Positions 9,263 to 17,165 of a DNA stretch of 64,000 nucleotides are shown piece by piece. The translations under genes were made by a program, and so were the position numbers. Origin of the DNA: an uncultured virus (IMG/VR IMGVR_UViG_3300033075_000203) (Duplodnaviria > Heunggongvirae > Uroviricota > Caudoviricetes); the IMG/VR virus record IMGVR_UViG_3300033075_000203. One strand, 5' to 3'. The notes under the pieces were generated by a model. That model made no database searches and had not been told where the DNA came from. It saw nothing but the letters and a program-made list of their open reading frames with translations. Position 1 is the stretch's first letter; the number at the start of each line of letters is the position of its first letter.

Positions 9263-9431
9263 CGACGCACCGCCCAGTCGCCGGACTCGACTGCGGTGCG
9301 GTAACTCCCAACGTGCTTGATGTAGTCCTGACGGTCCATGATCCCCTCCCGTGTGTGAGCCGACCGGCCGGTCGGCGGTACTATCGGGCCGTCCCACCCC
9401 TCCGGCGGGGCGGCCCTGTAGTACCGCCGAG

Positions 9432-10889
9432 CTAGCCGACGTCGAGCATCGCGCCTCGGCTCGCGTGTTTTTCCCAGAGCGTCTTGACCGCGTCGAGCTC
9501 CGCGTGGACCGCTGCGAGCTGGAGGCCCAGTAGCGACTCGTTTTCGCGCACCATCTGCCGGAGCGCGCCGATCTCGTCGAGGCGGCGTGCGACAACCTTC
9601 GGCCCACGCTCCTCGGCCGCGCACTCGTCACGGAGCTCACCGAGGCGCTTCGTCACGGTCGCGGCCAGGCCCGTGATAGCGACCTGGATCGCGTCGGTGC
9701 CCGGCATGACCGGGATCGCCCAGATCCCGATCCCGCACGCCTGGAGCGCGCGCTTGATGGATTCGATCGCCTCGTTACGGCGGCGGGGCGTGTAGTACAC
9801 GCCGCCGTTTTCGCGGACGTGCCAGCCGCCGAGGCGCTTGATCGTCGTAACCAGCCACGAGGTCATGTCGACGGCGTCGATCGTATCGCTCGCGGCGGCG
9901 TACGTCGCGGAGATCTGCTGGCGGTAGAGTTCGACGACGTGGGGGAGCCCGTCGACGGGTGTGATCTCGATACCCTGCGCGCCGAGCCGCGCGCGGCACA
10001 CGGTCGTGTACTGCTTGCGCTGGTTCGTCGAGGTGTCGCGCTCTTCGACGATGACCCACTCGGAGGAGTTCGGGACGCTACGGACTAGCGTCTTAGTGCT
10101 TGCGAGCGAGCGACACGCGCGGGCGAAGGCCGTCGCGGGCTCGGCCGGCTCGGGCCGGCTCGAGACGTGGTCGGCGACGTTGTGCGCGGTCCACGCCTCG
10201 GCGAGCTTTGCGGCGCTGATCGCGTGGCCCGTGTAGTAGACCAGCCGACCCGCGTCGGAGGCGGCGGCCTCGTCGACGACGACGAGGTTGTTGTTCGTCG
10301 CGCGGTTCTGCGGCGCGGGCGTCGGGGCGACGTAGCGCGGCATCGGGCGCGCGGCGCTCGGTGCTGCCGAGATCTCGCCGCGGCGTGCGGAGACGGCCGG
10401 CGCGCGGAGCGTCTCGGTCGCGGCCTGGACGGCGATCGCGAGCGGCTGGGCCTCGATCGGGGCGGCGGGTGCCGGAGCAGGGATCGGAGCCGTGATGCTC
10501 ATCGAGGGCGCCGGGGTGGCGGCCTGGGCGGCCTCCCGGGCCTCGCGCTCGCGCAGGGCGACGTCGACGTCGCGCGCGACCTGGGCAGAGATCAGCAGCT
10601 CCAGATCGGCGATCGTCTCGAGCCGCTCGGGCGTCGAGCGGGTCCGCGTGACCTCGACGAGATGGCGGTACGCGGCGGCGATCTCGCTCGTCGTGGTCGC
10701 GCGGCGGCTCGCCAGATACGTGCGGAGACGCTCCTGGCGGGCCGTAGGGGCCGCGGAAGCGGCCGGGGCTGGCGTAGGGGCCGTGGCGGCCTTCGGCGCG
10801 GTCGTAGTGGTCGGGCTGTGCGTCACGGGGCGATCGTCGTCGATCTCGAGGTACGAGAAGCGGCTGTCGGTGTCGGTGGTCTGGCTCAT
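9432..10889 (-). CDS. DUF3150/DUF6744-like phage protein with Ala/Pro-rich N-terminal linkers
   Basis: GRLVYY...AFARAC...VRENGGVYYTP motif; GAGGGG RBS, downstream of promoter repeat. Confidence 0.6.
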   Translation of the reverse strand: MSQTTDTDSRFSYLEIDDDRPVTHSPTTTTAPKAATAPTPAPAASAAPTARQERLRTYLASRRATTTSEIAAAYRHLVEVTRTRSTPERLETIADLELLISAQVARDVDVALREREAREAAQAATPAPSMSITAPIPAPAPAAPIEAQPLAIAVQAATETLRAPAVSARRGEISAAPSAARPMPRYVAPTPAPQNRATNNNLVVVDEAAASDAGRLVYYTGHAISAAKLAEAWTAHNVADHVSSRPEPAEPATAFARACRSLASTKTLVRSVPNSSEWVIVEERDTSTNQRKQYTTVCRARLGAQGIEITPVDGLPHVVELYRQQISATYAAASDTIDAVDMTSWLVTTIKRLGGWHVRENGGVYYTPRRRNEAIESIKRALQACGIGIWAIPVMPGTDAIQVAITGLAATVTKRLGELRDECAAEERGPKVVARRLDEIGALRQMVRENESLLGLQLAAVHAELDAVKTLWEKHASRGAMLDVG

Positions 10890-10923
10890 CGGGTCCCCCT
10901 CGGTTGGTCGGTTGCGGTTACGA

Positions 10924-10996
10924 AAACTAGTATAGAGCTTTGCTATAAAAAGGCAATAGCCTTTCTGCAACTATTTTACAAGTGCTTAGAATCTTT
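10924..10996 (-). promoter_or_regulatory. early promoter cassette copy 1 (TTGCCT-16-TATACT, GCTAT-N9-ATAGC operator-like site)
   Basis: AT-rich ~75 bp element closely similar to 12546-12618. Confidence 0.7.
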
Positions 10997-10999
10997 GGG

Positions 11000-11686
11000 T
11001 TATCCCTTCTGTGTGATGATGGCCGAGATCGTGAGCCGCCCTTCGGCGGCGAGCTCGCGCAGCGTCGGCGGCGGATCTGCCCATCGCGAGAGGATGCCCG
11101 ACCAGCCGAGGTAGAGCGGCGCTGCCGCGGCATGATCGGCGACACGGCGAGCCGTGATCCAGATCTGGTGCCGCGCGTAGGCCCGCACGCCGTCGTCGTC
11201 GACCCCGGGCGGGATTGCCGCCACGTCCTCGGAGGACGGCACTGTACCGCCGCCAGCGGCGACGAGCAGCGACGCTCCGGCCTGCGCGATGGCCGCCGTC
11301 CACGCATCGCCGTCGCTGGCTTGACGCCGGCCCTTGCCGAGCGCACGCGCCCACGGCGCGCGGCAGGTAGGGGCCGGGCCGCTCACACGGTAGCGCCCGC
11401 CTCCTGCCGTCGCCTCGACGGCGCATAGAGCGCCGGCTGCGCGCATGAGGGCGCGGACGGGCGCCACGCGCTCGGCGCGCGCTTCGTCCGATAGATCGTA
11501 GTGGCGCAGCGCATAGAGCGCCTCGAGGACTAGATCGGGATCTCCACCGACTACCGTCACAGCGGCGACGATAGCCTGCCGCGCCCGCTCCTCGGCGCGC
11601 GCCTCTGCCGTAGCCGCCCGGATGGCTTCGACGGCCTCGTCACAGAGGCCGGACGGTAACGCGGCCCGCAGCTCAGACCACCTCAT
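11000..11686 (-). CDS. hypothetical protein
   Basis: MRWSELRAAL..., GAGGAGG RBS. Confidence 0.5.
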   Translation of the reverse strand: MRWSELRAALPSGLCDEAVEAIRAATAEARAEERARQAIVAAVTVVGGDPDLVLEALYALRHYDLSDEARAERVAPVRALMRAAGALCAVEATAGGGRYRVSGPAPTCRAPWARALGKGRRQASDGDAWTAAIAQAGASLLVAAGGGTVPSSEDVAAIPPGVDDDGVRAYARHQIWITARRVADHAAAAPLYLGWSGILSRWADPPPTLRELAAEGRLTISAIITQKG

Positions 11687-11895
11687 CGGCGCACCTCCTC
11701 GATGCGTTCTCCGTCGCTCCACCATGCCGAGCCGGAAGCTCTCTCGACACATCCGCGCGCGTACTTTTGCGCCGCTCTCGCGGCAGCAGCAGCGGTGCGG
11801 TGCGCGGACCACTGGATCTGTTCCCATCCCTCCGCGCAGCCGCAGAGCCCGGGCCGCGAGTGTCCGCACTGTGTATAGATGCCTGCTGTGTACAT
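11683..11895 (-). CDS. small Cys/His-containing hypothetical protein
   Basis: 70 aa, GGAGG RBS. Confidence 0.5.
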   Translation of the reverse strand: MYTAGIYTQCGHSRPGLCGCAEGWEQIQWSAHRTAAAAARAAQKYARGCVERASGSAWWSDGERIEEVRR

Positions 11896-11897
11896 GA

Positions 11898-12242
11898 TTA
11901 TTTTCCCTCCGGGGTGGTGGTCGCGCGGAACGCCTTGGCGGCGTCGGGGCCGTAGCAGAGGCGGATAGCGGTGACGAGGGCCTCGGACTCGGTACGCGAC
12001 TGGACGCCGTCGCGCTCGATCGTCGCCGCGAGCTGGGCGAGCGAGTAGTGCCGCGCGAACGCGTCGCCGTCGGCGAGCTGGGTACAGATCCGGGCGAGCT
12101 CGGCGGCGTTGTCACGGATGCTCGTCTCGAGCATGTCGATCCGCGACGCGAGCCGCCAGAGCTCCTTGCTCGTCTCGTCCTCGTCGAAGGTCGCGAAAAA
12201 GTTCCGGTAGAAGGCTTCGAGTTTCTGCGTCGTCGTTTTCAT
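11898..12242 (-). CDS. hypothetical protein
   Basis: MKTTTQKLEAF..., AGGAG RBS, ATGA overlap. Confidence 0.55.
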   Translation of the reverse strand: MKTTTQKLEAFYRNFFATFDEDETSKELWRLASRIDMLETSIRDNAAELARICTQLADGDAFARHYSLAQLAATIERDGVQSRTESEALVTAIRLCYGPDAAKAFRATTTPEGK

Positions 12243-12544
12243 GCGATCTCCTTGGCGACGCGCTCGAGCGTCGCGAGTCCGCGCTTCGCCTCGGCGGGCG
12301 TCGCGTCGTGCAGCTCCAGGTACACGCGCCCGTCGATCCGTCGATCGTGTAGTTCGCCCGCGTTCCACCCTTCGACCTGCACGATCCAACGCTCGGCGGG
12401 GAGCGTCGCGCGCTCGACGGCGGCAGCGAGCTGGTGCAGGATCGCGTTCGCTTCGCGCGTCGACGTGTCCTGGTCGAAGAACAATTCGATCTGTGGTTGC
12501 GGGCATCCGTAGCGGCTTTTTTCGATCGTCGTGTTCATCAACAT
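12239..12544 (-). CDS. hypothetical protein
   Basis: 101 aa, ATG 6 nt downstream of TATACT. Confidence 0.55.
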   Translation of the reverse strand: MLMNTTIEKSRYGCPQPQIELFFDQDTSTREANAILHQLAAAVERATLPAERWIVQVEGWNAGELHDRRIDGRVYLELHDATPAEAKRGLATLERVAKEIA

Positions 12545-12545
12545 G

Positions 12546-12618
12546 AAACTAGTATAGCTATTCGCTATAAAAAGTAAATAGCTTTTCTACAACTATTTTA
12601 CAAGTGCTTAGAATCTTT
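12546..12618 (-). promoter_or_regulatory. early promoter cassette copy 2 (TTTACT-16-TATACT, GCTAT-N9-ATAGC)
   Basis: Direct repeat of 10924-10996. Confidence 0.7.
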
Positions 12619-13182
12619 AGGTTTTCTTCTACCCGCTTGTCTCAGCAACGCGCGGCAGATTCGACGATTTTCGGTCGATCCAAGCCAACGCACGAGCGAT
12701 TCGGCGAACGTGCGACCGTCACAATGCGGGCAGACTGGGTTCGCCGCGTCGGCCTCCGTCGGCGGCGGGGGAGGTGGGGGAGGTGGAGCGATCTCGACGA
12801 GCAGCGGTAGACGCTCGCGAATGTTGGCGAGCGTCTCCGACGAGAAACGGTGCCCGCTGTAGCGCGCGCGATCGATCGTCGGCGGGGTGACGCCGAGCAG
12901 TCCGGCGACGTGGATCCGCGAGGTCCAGCGGATCGCGCGATCGATCGTCGCGACCTCGTCGGCCGAGAGCTCGCCGCGCTCGACGCGTCGAGGTGGGTCG
13001 ACTTGACGATCGGCGTTCTCGATCATGCGAAGATACGTCGAGTCTTGGATCGGTTGTCCGTCGAGGGCTCGGCGCAGCGTCGGGTACGTTGTGCCGAGCG
13101 AGAACGCGACATGGTTGATCCCCTCGACGCGGACGCGTTCGGCGAGAGCGGCGATGTCGGCGGGCGTGAGAGCGATGCGCAT
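12598..13182 (-). CDS. protein with two HTH-like repeats and C-terminal CxxC; probable regulator
   Basis: HVAFSLGTTYPTLRRA and HVAGLLGVTPPTIDRA repeats; GAGGAGG RBS. Confidence 0.55.
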   Translation of the reverse strand: MRIALTPADIAALAERVRVEGINHVAFSLGTTYPTLRRALDGQPIQDSTYLRMIENADRQVDPPRRVERGELSADEVATIDRAIRWTSRIHVAGLLGVTPPTIDRARYSGHRFSSETLANIRERLPLLVEIAPPPPPPPPPTEADAANPVCPHCDGRTFAESLVRWLGSTENRRICRALLRQAGRRKPKDSKHL

Positions 13183-13477
13183 TGTTCGGGCCTCCTCGTG
13201 AAATGCAAAAAAGTGATAATAGCACAACTACGCGTTTCAGTCGCTATAGGTTTCGTAGCAGATCCGTTTTTCGATCTGGAGATCATAAATTGTACGATCC
13301 AATACAATCCATATTAGTATTAGCTATTACATATTTTGATCTATAGATAGAAAAATGGATTGCCCAATAATGTCTATACGACTAAAAACGCTAATTATAC
13401 TGATCAGATTTTTCTTGAAATTTCAAAAATTAGGGTTCTTGACCGGCTCGGCATGACTAGTGCATGCTTGTCTAGGA

Positions 13478-13607
13478 ATGACAAAAATGCGAAAAAGACG
13501 AAGTACGTCGAAACGCCAACAACGCGAAAAAGACGAAGTACGTTGAAACACCAACAACGCGAAAAAGGCGAAAGTCGGGCGAAATGACAACAACGCGAAA
13601 AACGCGA
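13478..13607 (+). repeat. 35-36 bp tandem repeats (4 degenerate copies) at the terminase small-subunit start
   Basis: GCGAAAAA cores at 13489, 13524, 13559, 13595; unit gcgaaaaagacgaagtacgtYgaaacRccaacaac. Confidence 0.85.
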
Positions 13608-14309
13608 ATTAGAGGGCGAGCGGCCAAAGCCGCCGAGATCGCGCGCGAGCTCCAACGCGATCGCGTCGAGGACATGCTCGTTCAGGGCGTTCCCGTCGCG
13701 ACGGTGATCAAAGCACTTCGCGCCGATCCGCCGCAGGGTTACTCGCTGTCGACGGCAGCGGCGAACAAGCTCGTTGCCGAGGTTCACGAGCGTTGGCAGA
13801 AAGCGCGCGACAAAGAAGCGCCGCACCGACGGGAAAAAGTCTGGCGCATGGCCGAGGTGCTCTACGCCAAGAGCGTCAACAAGTCGCCCAGCGTCGCCGC
13901 GTCGCTGCTCTCGACGATGAACAAGATGCTACCGGCTCCCGTCGACGAGGCCGAGGTGATCGAGCGTCGACGCATCGTCGAGCAGCTCGGCCCCGCGCCG
14001 CAAGATCCCGTGCAGCTCTCGCTCTGGGCGCAACGTGCGATGGTCCTCGAGTTGATCGCGATCCTCGGCGACGCTTCGCTCGAGCCCGAGCGCCGCGTGC
14101 AGTTCATCGCGCTGTTCGGATCGCGGATCGCCGCGCTTCATCCGCAAGCCCTCGCCGGGCGTCGCATGGAGGAGCTCGAGACGCAGGTCGCTCAGCTCGC
14201 CCCGCGCGACGAGCGCGCGATGGTCGATGGCGAGACGGAGGAGGCGCTGCAAGCGTTCGCCGAGCGTCTCCGCGCGTCGATCGCTGTCGAGCCTCCTACG
14301 GAGCACTAG
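13584..14309 (+). CDS. probable terminase small subunit
   Basis: First rightward gene, helical HTH-like N-terminus, two genes upstream of TerL. Confidence 0.55.
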   Translation: MTTTRKTRIRGRAAKAAEIARELQRDRVEDMLVQGVPVATVIKALRADPPQGYSLSTAAANKLVAEVHERWQKARDKEAPHRREKVWRMAEVLYAKSVNKSPSVAASLLSTMNKMLPAPVDEAEVIERRRIVEQLGPAPQDPVQLSLWAQRAMVLELIAILGDASLEPERRVQFIALFGSRIAALHPQALAGRRMEELETQVAQLAPRDERAMVDGETEEALQAFAERLRASIAVEPPTEH

Positions 14310-14343
14310 ACACGCGCACGCGTCGCGCGATAGCTTCGAGGAC

Positions 14344-15582
14344 GTGCCGAAGAAAACAGAACCCGCTGCTGCAATTTGGCTCCACATCGACGAGCTGACA
14401 CCGTGGAAGTTCAACCCACGGCGCAACGATCACGCCGTCGAGCGCGTCGCGAAAAACATCGAGGCGCTCGGTTTCGGTTCGCCGATCGTCGCGCGCACGC
14501 TACCCGACGGGAAGCGCGAGATCATCGCAGGACACACGCGACTCAAGGCGATGAAGTGGCTCGCTGCGAATAGAGGCTCGGACTTCACGGCGCAGGGTAC
14601 GCCAGGTCCGGGCATGGTTCCCGTGCGCATCCTCGAGCACCTCACCGACGATCAGGCCGCGGCGCTCGCGATCGCCGACAACAAGCTCTCCGAGATGAGC
14701 GCGTGGGATGATGGGATGCTCGTCGAGATCTTACGCGAGTTGGATGATGCGCAACAGAACGAGGTGGAGAGACTCTTTGATGTGAATACGCCGACACAAG
14801 AGGATGAGGCCGATCTCTCCGAGCCCGATCGACTGCTCAAAAAATGGCAGGTCAAGCCAGGAGACGTCTGGGGCGCCGGGCAGCAGCTCGTCGCGTGCGG
14901 CGACTCGCGCGATGTTAAGTTGTGGGCGACGTTGTTCGGCGACGAGCGCGCCTCGTGGATGTGGACTGATCCGCCGTATGGGGTCAGCTACGAGGGGGGG
15001 ACGAAGAATAAGCTCACGATCAAGAACGACGGCGCGCGCGATCTCCCGGCGCTGCTGCGCGACGCGTTCGCGTCCGTCGACGGATTCATGGCCGAGGGCT
15101 GCGCAATCTACGTGAGCACAGCGGCAACGTCCGCCGCTCTGGAGTTCGGCAACGCGTTCGTCGCCGCGGGCTGGAAGCTGACGCAGAACCTTGTGTGGCT
15201 GAAGGACTCGATGGTGCTCGGACACAGCGACTATCATTATCGGCACGAGCCGATCCTGTACGGGCGCAAGCCGGGCACAGGGCGCTGGGGTCGCGGCGCG
15301 ACGCGCGGCTGGTATGGCGACGACGCGCAGACCTCAGTGCTCGAACACGCGCGTCCCAAACGCTCGACGCAACACCCGACGATGAAGCCTGTCTCGCTCG
15401 TCGAGCACTGCCTGCGCAACAGCAGCCAGCAGGGCGACCTTGGCATCGAGCCGTTCGCAGGCTCGGGCACGACGTTGGTCGCTAGTCAGAACCTTGGGCG
15501 ACGCTGCTACGGTGTCGAACTTGATCCAAAGTACGTGGCCGTCTGCTTGGAATCGGTTGGAGCACAACCGAAACGTATGTGA
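14344..15582 (+). CDS. ParB/Srx-like N-domain fused to N4/N6 DNA methyltransferase
   Basis: NPRRND..IIAGHTRLKA..IADNKL; WTDPPY; HPTMKPV; EPFAGSGTT; GVELDPKY. Confidence 0.9.
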   Translation: MPKKTEPAAAIWLHIDELTPWKFNPRRNDHAVERVAKNIEALGFGSPIVARTLPDGKREIIAGHTRLKAMKWLAANRGSDFTAQGTPGPGMVPVRILEHLTDDQAAALAIADNKLSEMSAWDDGMLVEILRELDDAQQNEVERLFDVNTPTQEDEADLSEPDRLLKKWQVKPGDVWGAGQQLVACGDSRDVKLWATLFGDERASWMWTDPPYGVSYEGGTKNKLTIKNDGARDLPALLRDAFASVDGFMAEGCAIYVSTAATSAALEFGNAFVAAGWKLTQNLVWLKDSMVLGHSDYHYRHEPILYGRKPGTGRWGRGATRGWYGDDAQTSVLEHARPKRSTQHPTMKPVSLVEHCLRNSSQQGDLGIEPFAGSGTTLVASQNLGRRCYGVELDPKYVAVCLESVGAQPKRM

Positions 15583-17153
15583 AACGCTCGCTGCTCGACG
15601 ATCTCCGACGCGCGTCGCCCGACGACGTCAAGCGCGCGCTGCGCGCGATGACGCACACGCAGCGCGAGCTCGTCCGCGCGCAGTTCGAGCGGCTCAGCTT
15701 CTCCGAGTTCGTCCGTGCGGCATGGCCGATCATCGACGCGCGTCCGCTCGTTTGGAACTGGCATCTCGAGGCGATGTGCCTCCACCTCCAGCTTCTTGCT
15801 GAAGGGCGCATCGACAAGCTCGCGATCAACATCCCGCCCGGCGCGGCGAAGAGCATGATCTGCACGATCCTCTGGCCGTGCTGGCGCTGGGCTTCGCGCC
15901 CGAGCTGGCAGGTGATCTGCGCGAGCTACGAGAGCGGCCTCGCGACCGAGCACAGTATCAAGCGCCGGCAGCTCCTCGAGAGCGAGTGGTACCGCCAGCG
16001 CCACGCGCGAACGTGGTCGCTACGCGAGGATCAAAACGCGAAGGACGACTACAAGAACACCGTCAACGGGCACATGACCTCGATCGGCGTCGGCGGCGCG
16101 GGCACCGGCCGCCGAGCGGACTGCATCGTCCTTGACGATCCGCTAAACGCGAAAGCGGCACACAGCAAGGCCGATCGCGACTCAGCGATCCGCTTCCAAG
16201 ACGCCGTCGCGATTACGCGATTCAACGACATGACGCGACCCGAGATGGTCCTCGTCATGCAGCGACTACACGAGGAGGATTCGACCGGGCACGCGCTCGA
16301 GCAAGGTGGCTGGTGTCACCTGCGCATCCCCGCCGAGTTCGAGCCAGAAGCTCGTTGTGTTACGTACGACGTCACGGGCAAAGAGATCTGGCGCGATCCG
16401 CGTACGGAGGACGGCGAGCTTTTCTTCGTCGAGAAGTTCCCTCGTAAGACGCTCGACGATCTGCGCGAGCGCATGGGCGACGACTTCTGGGGTCAGTATC
16501 AACAACGTCCGACGGCCGCAGGAGGCGGGCTTTTCGAGATCGCCAACTGGCGCTTCTGGAAGCCCGACGGTAGCGCGCCCGAACACCAACACCCGCGCCC
16601 GCGCGGTTGCTACGACGGACCGGCGAACCCGATCGACTTCGACGATCTCGAAGAGGTCTTGATCTCCGTCGACGCGACGTTTCGCAAAACGAAGGCAGGC
16701 TCGTACGTCGCGATCCACGTCTGGGGTAAACTCAGCGCACGTCGGCTACTGCTCGATCGCGTCCACGAGCGCATGGACTTTCACGACACCGTGCAGGCGC
16801 TCCGACGCGTGATCACCGATTGGCCGCAAGCGCGACGAAAGCTCATCGAGGGCAAGGCGAACGGCGACGCGATCATCAGCTCACTTACGCGCGAACACGG
16901 CATCACGTGCATTGAGCCCGTCGATCCGGGCGACCAGAGCAAAGAGCAGCGCGCCCGCGCCGCGCAGCCGTACCAGAAGGCCGGCAACGTCGAGCTCCCC
17001 GACGGCGCGCCCTGGCTCGGCGAGTACATCGCCGAGCACGCCGCCTTTCCGAAGGGCCGACACAACGACGACGTCGACGCGCAGGGCCAGGCACTACTCG
17101 GCTTCGAGCAAGGCCGCGGCGGTGCGTTCCTCTACGACGACCTCGAGCTGTGA
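15579..17153 (+). CDS. terL: terminase large subunit
   Basis: INIPPGAAKS Walker A, IVLDDP Walker B, VMQRLHEED, SVDATF, IEGKANG, HNDDVDA nuclease motifs. Confidence 0.95.
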   Translation: MKRSLLDDLRRASPDDVKRALRAMTHTQRELVRAQFERLSFSEFVRAAWPIIDARPLVWNWHLEAMCLHLQLLAEGRIDKLAINIPPGAAKSMICTILWPCWRWASRPSWQVICASYESGLATEHSIKRRQLLESEWYRQRHARTWSLREDQNAKDDYKNTVNGHMTSIGVGGAGTGRRADCIVLDDPLNAKAAHSKADRDSAIRFQDAVAITRFNDMTRPEMVLVMQRLHEEDSTGHALEQGGWCHLRIPAEFEPEARCVTYDVTGKEIWRDPRTEDGELFFVEKFPRKTLDDLRERMGDDFWGQYQQRPTAAGGGLFEIANWRFWKPDGSAPEHQHPRPRGCYDGPANPIDFDDLEEVLISVDATFRKTKAGSYVAIHVWGKLSARRLLLDRVHERMDFHDTVQALRRVITDWPQARRKLIEGKANGDAIISSLTREHGITCIEPVDPGDQSKEQRARAAQPYQKAGNVELPDGAPWLGEYIAEHAAFPKGRHNDDVDAQGQALLGFEQGRGGAFLYDDLEL

Positions 17154-17165
17154 TAGGCTCGCCGC

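Noticed and set aside
13478..13607. 35-bp repeats as a CRISPR array
   Set aside because: Repeats are directly tandem with no unique spacers and no cas operon; the PD-(D/E)XK gene is a typical phage nuclease
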